Assembly: GCF_006345805.1 (NCBI RefSeq)
Contig: NC_043003.1
Coordinates: 89,652,001-89,716,000, forward strand
DNA: 64,000 nt
Source: Octopus sinensis
Taxonomy: Eukaryota
Reading direction: 5' to 3'
This document shows positions 25,714 to 39,400 of this stretch, piece by piece. Positions within the stretch are counted from its first letter, which is position 1. Every line of letters begins with the position of its first letter. Below the pieces are notes generated by a model. The model worked only from the letters and a program-made list of their open reading frames with translations. It did no database searches and was not told the DNA's origin. The translations under genes were made by a program, and so were the position numbers.

Positions 25714-25989
25714 TTTCGAAACACGCATGGAGTCGAACTAGGGACAGCTGATGAAGGGGAATTTTCCTTGTATTGTTTGTCTTGTACTCTGTTTTTTCGT
25801 TGTTAAAAAAAGTCCGTTTCCATGTTTGTTTTTACGTTTTCGTTTCTCGTTAAGTTCTACGTCTATTTGTGGTGTCCTGTACTCACATATATATATTTAT
25901 ATATGCATGTATATATACATGTAGATGTAGGTACGTACATATATGTATGTATGTATGCATATATTTTATTTATTAATTTATATATATAT

Positions 25990-27261
25990 ATCATCTTGAT
26001 CCCCTTGACCGACCAGTCCGTCAGGCGTCCATTTGACACCGCTAGTCACATCACCCTGTCCACTTCTCTCTGGATCGCGCTTTTCTCATCCACATGATCC
26101 CAATCGTCCTCCTGAAATCGTAACTCCACCGTCGTGGAGGCCTTCCGGTTGGTCGTTTCCGCTCGCGCGGGTCCACCGACGTGAGCCGGGCGACGTGTTC
26201 AGCCCATCTAAACTTGCTGCGTGTATACTCTGCGATGACATCCCTCATTATGGACTTCTTTCTGACGATCTTGCTACTTATGTGCTCTCTCAACGAGATA
26301 CCGTTACCAGTCTCTGCTCTTCTCTCTTTGTGGTAGCCCATGTTTCACTACCATATAACATTGCAGGTAGAACTGTACTGTTGAGGTTGGCGCGAGTTGT
26401 ACTGTCCAACCTTCCCTTGAGTTCATCCCTTATGCCATTAAACGCCTTCCATCCGGCCCTTACTCTCCGTGAGATCTCGTTTTCGATATCTCGGCACATA
26501 TTCACTTCCTGTCCCAGGTAGACATATTCCTTTACCTCCTCTATTTCATCACTGCCGATCACCATTCGACCTGTTGGTACGTTGTCTGACCGCATGAACT
26601 TCGTTTTCATGCGGTTCATCTTGAGACCTACTGCAGAGCTTTTGATGTCGAGCTCCGTCAGCATGGTCTGAAACTGATCCATGGTTTCAGCGATGAGTAC
26701 GAAGTCGTCAGCAAAACGGAGGTGGGTGAGGAGCTCGCCATTGATGTTAACACCGCCTTGCCAATCGATGCCTCTGATGATCTGTTCGAGACATGCGGTG
26801 AAAAGTTTTGGGGAGATTGTATCTCCTTGCTTCACTCCCTTCTCGACCGGCACTCGTACGGGTGATGACAGTAGAGCTATGTCGGTGGTGTATCCGGAAT
26901 TTGCCTCCCTGAGCAGTTGCACATATTGCGCCTCGACTCCTTGCCTCTGCAGCGAGCTCAGCACTGCGTTGGTTTCGACGCTATCGAAGGCCTTCTCATA
27001 GTCTACAAACGCAACGCAAAGAGGCAGCTTGTACTCATTCACTCGCTCAAGCAGTTGTGTTAGAGTAAATATATGGTCCATCGTGGTGTAGTTCTTCCGG
27101 AAGCCGGCTTGTTCCCTCGGTTGTTGTTCGTCGAGATGACGTGATAACCTGTTCAGAATTATCTTCGTGAACAACTTGTACACGTGAGACAGCAGGCATA
27201 TGGGTCGGTAGTTCTTTAGATCTTCTCTATCAGTAGTTCTTTAGAGAAGATCTAAAGAACT

Positions 27262-27266
<5 letters not shown>
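25990..27266 (-). mobile_element. 5'-truncated RTE-clade LINE
   Basis: ORF 26290-27183 (QPREQAGFR, FVDYEKAFD, GVKQGDTISPKLF, LRFADD, YGSETW) and C-terminal ORF 26051-26341. Confidence 0.93.
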
Positions 27267-27330
<64 letters not shown>

Positions 27331-27420
27331 ATGTATCTGTCCCCCACCACTGCTTAACAACCAGTTTTGGTGTGTTTACGTTCCCCTGACTTAGCGGTTC
27401 GGCCAAAGAAACCGATATAA

Positions 27421-28689
<1,269 letters not shown>

Positions 28690-29375
28690 TTAACCAAAAT
28701 AAGCACTGGGGTCGATTCGTTCGACTAAAGTTTTTCAAGGCAATGCCCCCCAACCCACCCACCATAGCCACAGTCTAATGACTGAAACAAGTAAAAGATA
28801 AAAGATATAGTGACGGGAACAATTAATAACCAAATAACTGAGGTTTTAGATATGATGATCTCATTTTAAGAAATACCAATAACTTTACTGTTTTTTATTT
28901 ATTGTCTGAAATACTTGTAGTGACTATAAAGTTTTTAGAAGAAAAAAATACAGTGAATTTGAAACACTTTCTCCTACTAGGAAAAATGTTTAGTCAAATA
29001 AACAGCAAGAATTTGATGTTTTGCGATGAAAGTATCTCGATCAAGATATCATAATTTTAATTAATCGATCGGTTATGTTTGTCGAAGTCCTTTCATTGCC
29101 ATTCGCAACTTCATCACTAACATGCTCTCTCTACTATAGGTCAACTTCATATCTAATATTTTCCGTTCAGTCAGTGATGATTCAAATATATAAGAATTCT
29201 TTACCTCTTAGGCACAACCTATTGCTGGTATAATCTCGATAATTACTGTACATCAACCAGCGATTAACCATACATCTTGATTTAAGCAAGCACCGATAGT
29301 TCTTGCTATTTAAATACAACCTTAATTTGTGGTTAACTCCCCGCATAACGCACACTCTCTTTATCTGTTATAAAC

Positions 29376-29665
29376 ATGAACGTTTCTGTGAGTCGGTACT
29401 TTTATCTTCGAAAAAACTGGCGAATTGTATCTTTTAAAAAGTTTTACAGGAAACTTTCTTTCATCTCTTCTACTGATCGGAATCCAGACCGACTTTATTC
29501 ATTAATCAAGAAACTTACCGAAATTTCTACTGATCATTTAACTCCCGAAATCCAATTAAGACTTATCACTTCCGATTGTTATCTATGGCACTCTAAAGTG
29601 GAAGATTGTCTATTCTCCGATCCATATTGGGCATTTTACTGGCCGGGAGGTCAATCATTAGCGAG
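29376..29665 (+). CDS. ETFBKMT: ETFB lysine methyltransferase (METTL20), exon 1
   Basis: ATG at 29376, basic N-terminus resembling a mitochondrial presequence, HLTPEIQLRLIT and DPYWAFYWPGGQSLAR motifs, donor AG|GTGAG at 29666 (phase 2). Confidence 0.93.
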
Positions 29666-30261
29666 GTGAGTTAAAGATCATTTAGCAAGATCGGATTGGA
29701 ATTTATTTATTACTATATTATTCAATTTGCAGTATATTGTTCTCCTAATCTACAAGTTATCGATAATGTTGAAAATATAAGGAGAAAACAAATGTCAATC
29801 AATTTGATTTTTATGTTTTTCTCAAGCTGCAATAAAACATTAATCGAGAGTCCTACTCCTGTCATGTTTAAAAATAAACGCTACTAGTTTGTCTACCTTA
29901 CAATCATACACGAACATCTAGTCTATCGCGTGTAGGGGGTTTAAATGATGGTAATTAGTTAAATACACAAACATAACTAAACCCCGCCCCAGTGTGTGTG
30001 TGTGTGTTGTTTAACCACAAAGTCAGGCATTTCAGCAAAGGCATTTCAGCTATACATTTTGCCATCTTTTTTTTTTTTTTATCAGTGACTACAATTGTCT
30101 TTCCTTTCATAAGATGACATTCAAAATGAGATTTGGCTGCTATTTCTAGCAGGTCCACCAGGATGCTCTGCCAGTTTACCACACACGTAGTGTGTGGTAT
30201 ATGTGCATGTATGTATGTATGTATGTATGTATATTTTGCGATGGTTTTCTGTATTGCATTC

Positions 30262-31610
30262 AGAAACTGCAGATACGGTGTTTACATCCATTATCGAACC
30301 TCTGGCAGCATATTTAATATCAGGCGCTTTGCTGCAAAAACAAAGGTATTTACCTCTATCATAAGAGACCTTTTGTATGCAGATGATTGTGAGCTAGTAG
30401 CACACACAGAGATTGATATGCAACACATTTTGAATGCATTCTCTGATGCTTGCACTGCCTTAGGATTGACAGTCAATCTCAAGAAAACTGTTGTCATGTA
30501 CCAACCTGCCCCTGGTAAGCAGTATAGTGTACCAAATATCTATGTGTATGGTAAACGACTTGATGTAGTTGATCAGTTTGTCTACCTGGGAAGCACTGTT
30601 AATAGATGTAGCACTTTGGATGATGAAATTCCAATCAGAATTAGGAAAGCGAGTGATGCGTTCGGAAGGCTAAAAAGGCGCCTCTGGAGTCGGCGAGACA
30701 TATGCAGAAAGACAAAGATAAAGGTGTACAAGACATGTGTGCTCCCTTCTCTTCTCTATGCCTACGAGACGTGGGTCACATATCGATACCACCTTAAACA
30801 ACTGGAACGTTTCCATCAGATGTATCTCAGACGGATCTACGGCATTAAGTGGGGGGACCGCATCAGTGATCTTGAAATATTGGAAGGCTCTCGGTGTGAA
30901 AGTATAGAAGCTCTTGTGTTAAAGCAATGGCTCAGATGGAGTGGTCATCTGGTCAGGATGAAGGATTCAAGGATGCCAAAACAACTATTTTATGGAGAGT
31001 TAGCTAAAGGAGAACGACCTCCACATAAACCAAAAAAGAGGTATAAGAACTTGCTGAAGGCTTCCTTAAGAGATGCTTGCATCTCTCCTGACACATGGGA
31101 AGGCATAGCTATTGATCATAGCAGGTGGAGAAGGATTGTGCACGAGGGGACAGCTACTTTTGAGAAATCTCGAGTTGCGCATGAGAAAGTAAGGAGGGAT
31201 GTCAGGAAGGGCGTCGCTGTTACACTTCCAGATGGGAAGGGTCTTCCTATGATGCTGACATGCAATGTCTGTGCAAGACCCTGCCTCAGTAGAGCTGGAC
31301 TCAAGAGTCATCTTCGTAGTCATGAAGCGAGGCAGATGAGAGACAACCTGGCCACTGGTGGTGGTGTAACACACCATACTAATATCTGTCAGGCATGTGG
31401 AAGAGAGTGTAATTTGGCAGGAGGACTTAAACGACATGCAAAGGTACATGAAGCCCAGTTACAACTACAGCCGGCTATTACCGGTAAAGGCTTTAGTTGT
31501 CAATTCTGTACAAGACATTGTAGATCTTCTGCTGGGCTAAAAAGTCACATTCGATCACAGCACCAGTAACATACTCGATAACATGGGGGCAGCCATCATG
31601 TATGTCTGTA
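30262..31610 (+). mobile_element. 5'-truncated RTE (BovB-like) LINE with uninterrupted ~435-codon C-terminal ORF and three C2H2-like fingers, in ETFBKMT intron 1
   Basis: LLYADD, FVYLGS, LLYAYETW and LRWSGHL motifs. Fingers CNVC..HLRSH, CQAC..HAKVH and CQFC..HIRSQH. Stop at 31569. Confidence 0.92.
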
Positions 31611-31734
31611 TGTATGTATACATATACAATGTATGTAAGTATATATATACATACAACATGTATGTGTGTATACATATATACAAAAGAAGAAAAGAAAATG
31701 GAGATAAGAAAGTTTAATTTTCAGTAAATATATA

Positions 31735-32290
31735 GTTTAACACCCGGTCACCAAAACAGACAAAAAAAAGGCTAAAATGTGTAGAAAACGAATATGAAAA
31801 CAAAAAGTTGCGCAAACTTTCGGAAAATTCACACGATCCGACGTTTTCCCTCATAACTTTCAGGAAAATGGATATCTTTTACTGAAATTTTATAGAAACA
31901 CCTTTCAAACAGCATAGATTACGGTTATTAAGAAATTTTGCTGGGGAAAGTTGTTTTTTTTTTCCGAAGGGATGAGGAGAGGACTGCCGAAAAATTCACA
32001 GGATCCGGGGTTTTTTTCTTCATAACTTTCAGGATCTAGTTTAGCAAACGGTCGCCAAAACAATAAAAAAGTACCCCCAGTCTACTAGCTATTTAAAAAA
32101 ATGTGTAGGAAACGAATGTGAAAACAAAAATTTGCGCCAACGAACGGGAGTTGGGGAGGACTTTCGGAAAATCCACACTATTCGATTTTTCCCTCATAAC
32201 TTTCAGGAAGAGGGATATCTTTCAATGAAATTTTAAAGAAACACCTTTCAAACGGCATAGATTACAATTATAAAGAAATATATGGGGGGA
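31735..32290. repeat. two tandem degenerate modules of the foldback family
   Basis: aaatgtgtag.aaacgaat.tgaaaac..ttcggaaaat..tttccctcataactttcaggaa occurs twice and is related to 27421-27760. Confidence 0.7.
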
Positions 32291-32303
32291 AAATATATAC
32301 ATA

Positions 32304-32410
32304 TTAGCCCAGATACCCGGCGTTGCTCGGGTTTTAAAATGACAGTTTTTCTTTATTGTTTTACTTGTTTCAGTCATGTGACTGCGGCCATGCTGCAGCA
32401 CCGCCTTTAG
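32304..32410 (-). mobile_element. Helitron 3' end fused to SINE tail
   Basis: CTAA end plus CCCGGCGTTGCTCGGG hairpin, with the same arrangement as 11600. Confidence 0.65.
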
Positions 32411-32860
32411 TCAACAGGTTTCTACAGCTAGATGCCCTTCCTAGTGCCAACCACTCTGAGAGTGTAGTGAGTGCTTTTTACATGCCACCAGCACAAGAGC
32501 CAGTCAAGTGCACTAGCATCCACCACATCCAAATGGTACATTTTATGTGCCACCAACATGGGAGCCAGTGAGGTGGCCCTGGCATCGACCAAGGTCGAAT
32601 GGTGGTATCTATATGCCACTGGCACTGGCATCGATTACGACTACAAATTCACTTGGCTCAACAGGTCTTCTCAAGCACAGTATATTGCCCAATGTCTGAA
32701 GGGTACTTTTAAATGGGCCAGTTATGCAACACTGGCATCAGTCATGACTATGATCTCACTTGGCTTGCCGGGTCTTCTCAAGTACAGTATATCTCCAAAG
32801 GTCTCGGTCGCTTGTCTTGCCTCTGTGAGACCCAACATTCAAAGGTTGTGCTTCACTACC
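32411..32860 (-). mobile_element. RTE LINE 3' fragment with minisatellite
   Basis: Aligns to 53410-53930. Confidence 0.8.
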
Positions 32861-32872
32861 TCATCATATATG

Positions 32873-32939
<67 letters not shown>

Positions 32940-32940
<1 letters not shown>

Positions 32941-33190
32941 CTATTATATAAAATCTGATCTGTCTGTCTGTCTGTGTGTCTTCTAGGATCTCGGACATCC
33001 TCCATCCGATTGCACTCAAATTTGATAAGTAGATACTGATGGTATCAGAGCATGTATAAGCCTTGAAAAAATTACAAAAATCGATTCCAGGTGAGAATGC
33101 GATCGATAAAGCCGTGGGAACGTGCATTTGTATGCGCAAGTACATCAGCTGTTGCAATCGATACTACATGTACACGAGAAAAATGCACGG
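32940..33190 (+). mobile_element. probable Helitron 5' terminal segment
   Basis: aTCTATTATATAAAA followed by (CTGT)n, a common Helitron 5' pattern. No 3' end was seen. Confidence 0.45.
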
Positions 33191-33548
33191 TGTCTCAAAT
33201 TTAGATTAAGTCAGTGTTTCTCAAAGGGGAGGCCTATGGGACAGTCAGACAAGTTGTTTTGAGAAAATTTGGTTTAAATGTTTGACAACTCAGCACCATC
33301 CGTTGGACGGGGGGGGGGGCGTTTTGCTCGTATATATATATATATATATATATATATGTTTAACTTATTTTTCAGCATGTATAAAACATTATTTCTTTTT
33401 ATGTTAGTATAATTTACTATATTATTATATGTTTTGTCTTGTACATCTCCTCTTCTGTGTAACTTCACAGGTAAAAATCACATGGAGCGAGATCTGGACT
33501 TCTTGGAGTTCTGGACTTCTGGACTTCTGCAGTCACAGCCTTCAAGTT

Positions 33549-33920
33549 TTAGCTCCTGCACATAATGGGCAAAATTTCGCATGAACAAAAATTCAATTCT
33601 TTATGCAACACCGCACATATTGTGTGCCTTGTTAGTCCACTTTCATGAGCTGCTTGCAGGCTGCTATTAAACATTTGTTGCACTGCTGCCACATTTTCTG
33701 GTGACTGGAATGTGGTTGGATGGCCACTTCTTTTTGCATCATTCACAGAGCCTGTGGTCATCAACTTTGCATTACAGCTTTTTATTGTCTCTGGACATAG
33801 TGTTGTATGCTTACCTTTCCATGCATGCCACCATCTGTGAACCAAAACAATGGAATTCCACACTTCATAGTGTGCTGCTATCTTAGCTTGCTCCTGAACA
33901 GTCAAGTGACTGGCCATCTG
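33549..33920 (-). pseudogene. Tc1/mariner transposase N-terminal (DUF4817-like HTH) remnant
   Basis: LTVQEQAKIAAHYEVWNSIVLVHRWW..TGSVNDAKRSGHP, preceded by a TTTCCAG acceptor. Confidence 0.75.
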
Positions 33921-34094
33921 GAAAGTAAGAAATAAGAAAATAAGAAATCCCCATTAGTGTTGTCTGTTTAAAAAATGTTTTTGTCATGACTTCAGTGATG
34001 GTAAAAATTCTATAAGCAATTTCTAATGCCTAGTTACTTTCCCTGTATGTGTGTGTGTGTGTGTGTGTGTAGGACAGCTGCATAAAGAAGTGTT

Positions 34095-34615
34095 GATCTT
34101 TAACTGTGGAGGGAACTTGTGGAAGAGGATGACCTAGGAAGACATGGGACAAGGGGTGAAGCATGATCTTCAAACGTTGGGCCTCTCAGAGGTGATGACA
34201 AGTGACTGAGAACTCTGGCAATATGCTGTGTATGAGAAGACTTGTCAGGCCAAGTGAAATTGTAGTTGTGGTTGTGCCAGTGCCATGTAAATGGCACTTG
34301 TAAATCATAGTCATGGTCATTCACTGCCAGTGCCATGTAAATGACACCCATGCATTGTAGCCATGGTTGTTGATGGCACCATGTAAATGACATCTGTGAA
34401 TCCTCGTGGTTGATACCAGTGCCATGTAAATGACACCTGCACATCTTGGTCATGGCCATGACTATGGTGCCATGTAAATTGGTACCCCGGAATCATGATC
34501 ATTGGTGATGCCATGTAAATGGTATCTGTGAGTCATAGTTGTTGCTGGTGCTATACAAATGGCACCCATTAATCTTAGTCATGGTCACTGCCAATACAAT
34601 GTAAATGGCATGATG
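34095..34615 (+). mobile_element. RTE LINE 3' fragment with 8-unit minisatellite
   Basis: The 5' part matches the RTE ORF end (GR.RKTWD). GTGCCATGTAAATGGCAC-like cores follow at 34280, 34330, 34376, 34419, 34467, 34508, 34548 and ~34594. Confidence 0.8.
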
Positions 34616-35388
34616 ATCCTACTTAGATTATAATTAATCAAATACCTACATGGTTGCAACACTATCGTTATTAAATGAACACCATTATGCCTTTTCTTCT
34701 CATGGTGATGGAGTTAAGCACTGGGTAAAAAAATATATTTAATTAATTTAACTTATCTAATTTCTTCACTGATTTACTTATATGATATCTATTATGCATT
34801 ATTACTATATTTGTTTCATCCCTGGGCCCTATAATTTCATTCTACTAGAACTTAGTAAAAACAGTTTTTATTTAAATTTGTTTTTTTTTGTAACTGTAGT
34901 TACAAAAAAAAATTAAATAAAAACTTGCTTTATCGTAGTTCACCTATTTTGCACTCAGTACACTACAGTTCACCTATTGCACACTCAGTACATTGCAAAT
35001 TTTTCTGGCTAATATATGTAAATTTATATTGTGAACTCCTCAGTATATCGCAAGTTTCTATGGCCATTATGTATTTATATTTTTTACATTTTAATTATTT
35101 CTGTGGGAGGTTTTAGAACGTAATACCCACGATAGTCAAAGTATTTATGTATTCCCAATGAGCATACATTTTCACTAACACTACAAATTTTAAAATTTTA
35201 ATTAATATTATTTGTATCTATATCTAACACCATTGTAACCTGGTGAGCACTAAATCTTCCCTCACTGCTAATCGTATCATGCTCACTGTAGTTAGGGCTA
35301 TGTATGTATGCATGCTTGCAGGCATAATTTTTGTCAGCTCTTCGAATAACAAAATTCATTAAATATTTTGTATTATCATATTATTTAG

Positions 35389-35519
35389 ATTTTTACTGGA
35401 TAACAGTGGAATCATCAAACATCAATCTGTGCTTGATTTGGGCAGTGGTTGTGGAGCACTAGCGATTGTAAGCAAACTCCTTGGAGCATCTCATGTTGTT
35501 GCAAATGACATAGATCCAG
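35389..35519 (+). CDS. ETFBKMT: ETFBKMT exon 2 (SAM-binding motif I)
   Basis: Acceptor TTTAG at 35388, translation FLLDNSGIIKHQSVLDLGSGCGALAIVSKLLGASHVVANDIDP, donor G|GTAAT at 35520 (phase 1). Confidence 0.93.
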
Positions 35520-35674
35520 GTAATATTCCTTTAACTAAAGCTATCCTGTCAATATTGCTAATGGCTTTAAATGAGTAGCATGATGTTTCTGAACTATTTA
35601 GTTCAATACTAAACAGTACAGTATTCTTTGAATCAGGCACCCTACTTATATCAATATGTATATATGTATATATG

Positions 35675-35757
<83 letters not shown>

Positions 35758-35761
35758 AGAG

Positions 35762-36333
35762 AATAGTAAAAAGTGAAAAAACTACAGAAGGCTTGTTTTA
35801 GAAGGTTAAAAAATATATATTTGAGTCATTATGTCTGAAGAATGTTATAAATTGCATTCCCAGAATACAGAATGATACCCTTTAGTGAGCACATTGAGAA
35901 ATGCGCAAAGCAACTACTACCACAATTTTTAATCTTTCCATTTTACCAATGTGCTATCGGAACACCAACACAAATTAGACTAAACAAGGAAACATTCTTC
36001 ATTGAAAAATACAAGCCCAAACTTAACCATTCCAACATTCTTATACAGAGAAACTCACTCCAAAAGAAAAGCAAGAAATATTAAGCGATTATCTCCCTTA
36101 CACCGGAAGAAATCACTTATTACCTCCCCTTATCTGGAACTCACTTTCACTCTCCTTCACACTTCTCAACGATGTAAGAAATTTGAAAAGCTGAACGCGA
36201 AACCGGTCTTTCTTCAAAAATTATGTCATTGTATGAAAAAAAATTTATAACATTCTTCAGACATAATGACTCAAATATATATTTTTTAACCTTCTAAAAC
36301 AAGCCTTCTGTAGTTTTTTCACTTTTTACTATT
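35762..36333 (+). mobile_element. Penelope-like 3' fragment (GIY-YIG C-terminus) between 92-bp inverted repeats
   Basis: FSEHIEKC..FLIFPFYQC..RLNKETFFIEKYKPKLN (35872-36030). Arms 35762-35853 and 36242-36333 appear identical, with microsatellites on both sides. Confidence 0.78.
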
Positions 36334-36398
36334 TTCTGTATATTCAACCATGTGCTTTCACATACCAACTTTCTCACCTATATATGTATATATATATA

Positions 36399-36451
<53 letters not shown>

Positions 36452-36453
<2 letters not shown>

Positions 36454-39400
36454 TTCCGACTTTGTAGAAGAAAGACGTGTTTCTTTCGCTCTGTGAAAAA
36501 AAAAAAAGGGGCTGCATAAATCAACAAAATAATCTACTAAAACTAACAAAAACATAGAACTTGTTATCTCATAACGGTCTACTAAAATATATTAATTAAA
36601 AACCGTAATATATTTCGCTTCGTAATATATATGCTGATGAAAGATGTCACTCCCACTTGGTAGACACTCAGGAAAACAAAGAAGATTCGAGTGAGAAACC
36701 TTCCTGGAAAGTACACCCAAGTACAAGTGCCCCTACCAGCATCAAAACGCAAAACCATGGAGATGAAAGAGCCAAGAAAGAAGTAAAAGAAGGAAAAACT
36801 AAAAGAAAAACAAAAACAAAAGATGGAACAGCCAAGAAAAGAAGCAAACCTGACTATCCATATAACAAAAAGCACAGAAAGAGACAGCACACACAAATGT
36901 GCAAATTCTACCTGAAAGATGTCTGCTGGCATGGAGAGGAAGGTGCAGGCTGCCGTTTTGCATGCTAAAGATCCCACCACATAAACATGAAACAGGGTGG
37001 AAACCAACTGCCAAAAGAAAAAGGAAAGGACTATGCACCACCTTCCCCAAAACGGAGGTACGCAGATGTAGTGTGTGTTACAAACCAAACCCATCAACAT
37101 GTTATTGAAAGGGCAGCTGCTGAACAAGAATCTTTTTTGTGCGTGGCACAAAAGATTGTACAGCAGCTGACCTGGCTCCATCAATCTCACAGATGGGACT
37201 ATCCACAATACACAAGACCACCACAGCAAATAGACCCAAGGTGGGCACCACTGGCAACAACACACACATCACATCAGTGCTCCTACTGAACATCAGAGGA
37301 CTGCTAACACTCAGTAACAGGACAAAAATCCCTTTCTTGAAAGACCTTGTTGCATGCAATCAAGCCTTATGCATAGCTTTTACGGAAACACACCCGAAAC
37401 CAGATATAGCAAATGCAGAAATACACATACCACAGTATGTTGTATTACGGACCGACAGAAAAGAAAGGAGTCATGGTGGAGTTGCTATGTACATCCGCGA
37501 AGACCTCACACCCCAGGTCCTTTTGTCATACTCAAATTCGGTGTATGACACACTTATTGTACATATAAGGCAACTCGGTGTAGTTATATGTGTTACATTT
37601 CGCCCTCCAGATGCTCCAAGTCATGTAGGCATTTTTGAAGACTGCCTTACAAAAATAGAAGAAGTTCTAGGCACATTAGAACAACACATAAGTGTACTTC
37701 TTATGGGAGACTTCAATCTGCCCAATGTCAGATGGCCCGAAGGCCTTTCTCTCCCAGGAATTACACAATGCGAATGAGGACAGGTGAGGTCCCTCCTGAA
37801 CCTCATCAACACTTTGTACATGGAGCAAATAGTAATCCAACCAACCAGGGCAGGTAACATACTGGATCTCTGCTTCACAAATAATATGGAACTCATCCAT
37901 AATGTGAAAGTGACACCGATGCTACTCTCGGATCACAACATGGTAGAGCTGACCATGTACGGGCCAAAGGAAAGCATGGACATGCAGCCTACAAGAAACT
38001 CTCAGAATCTTTCCAGCTTGAACTTCCATAAGGCAAACTGGAAACAAATTGAGAAAGAGCTCCTCAAACAAAACTGGCCTAAATGTCTCTCCTCACCAGA
38101 CATCGACATGAAACTTCAACAATTCATGTCTGTAATGCAAGCCATATGCTACAAATGTGTCCCAGAGAGAAAGGCCACTGTACACAAGAACAAAATCCCC
38201 AGAGAGAGGAAAATTCTAATGAGACGGTGTACAAAAGTTTCAAATCGCCTAAACAAACAAATTGAAAGCAGTGAAAAGTCCCGCCTGAAAATAAAACTGT
38301 TGGAAATTGAAAAATGTCTGCAACTCTCCCATGAAAACGAAAGAGCAGACAAAGAAGCCTGGGTTATAGATAACATAAAATCTAACGCCAGAGCTTTCTA
38401 CAAGTTTGCCAAAGAAACAGCTACAGTGCATTATAGGATAGGGCCACTCCTTGAAAAAGATGGTACACTCACAGGAAATCCAATGAGGATAAGTGAAATA
38501 CTAAATGAGCAATTCAAGAGTATTTTCATTCCACCCCTAGGGCATTTTCAAGTCAGCAATCCAACTGACTTCTTTACCACTGCAGATATAAAAACAAAGG
38601 CAATGATGATTGATTACATCAATATAAAGGAAGACGATATAATAAGGGCTATAGATGAAATGAACCCAAACTCAGCTACTGGCCCTGATGGTTTCCCAGC
38701 AATCCTTCTAAAAGTATGTAAGCGAGTCCTAGCAAGACCACTGCAGTTTCTCTTTCAGAGCTTCCTTGCAACTGGCAAACTTCCAAGAAAACTGAAGGAG
38801 GGTAAAATATGCCCTATTCATAAAGGAGGTAGCAGAGCAGAGGCCTAGAACTACAGACCTATCTCTCTGACCTCACACATCAGCAAGGTCATGGAACGAA
38901 TAGTCAGAAGGAAACTAATCGCCTTCTTTGAAGAAAATAACTTGCTGCCTGACACCCAACATGGTTTCCGACCAGGAAGAAGCTGCCTAACTCAGCTCCT
39001 ACAACACTATGACTGGGTGCTGAAACAACTGCTCAACCACTCAAATGTGGAAGTCATATATCTCGACTTTGCAAAGGCCTTTGATAAAGTTGATCATGGA
39101 ATGATATGTCACAAACTGCGTGATCTTGGCATAGTTGGAAAATTGGGAGAATGGGTTCAAGACTTTCTGAAGGATAGAAGTCAGTTGGTAGTAGCCAAAG
39201 GGGCCACCTCCATGCAAATAGTGAGCGGTGTTCCGCAAGGCACTGTTTTGGGACCACTGCTGTTCATAATGGCCCTCTCAGACATGCCCTCAGCCACGCA
39301 GAGAGCCACGATCACAAGTTATGCAGATGATACAAAAGTTTCACAGGTAATACAGAACCCTGAAGACACTATGCACCTGCAATGTGAGCTGGACGAAATA

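Noticed and set aside
34280-34612. CRISPR-like array of palindromic repeats with spacers
   Set aside because: The repeats are degenerate, the spacers resemble each other, the array is part of an RTE 3' UTR seen in several copies, and the context is eukaryotic with no cas genes.
36160-36215. Possible hammerhead GAAACCGGUC in the Penelope fragment
   Set aside because: No intact CUGANGA and no stem I pairing. It is at most a dead remnant.
36638-36690. CTGATGA..GAAAAC in the LINE 5' region
   Set aside because: No stem II closing pair and no stem I/III pairing.
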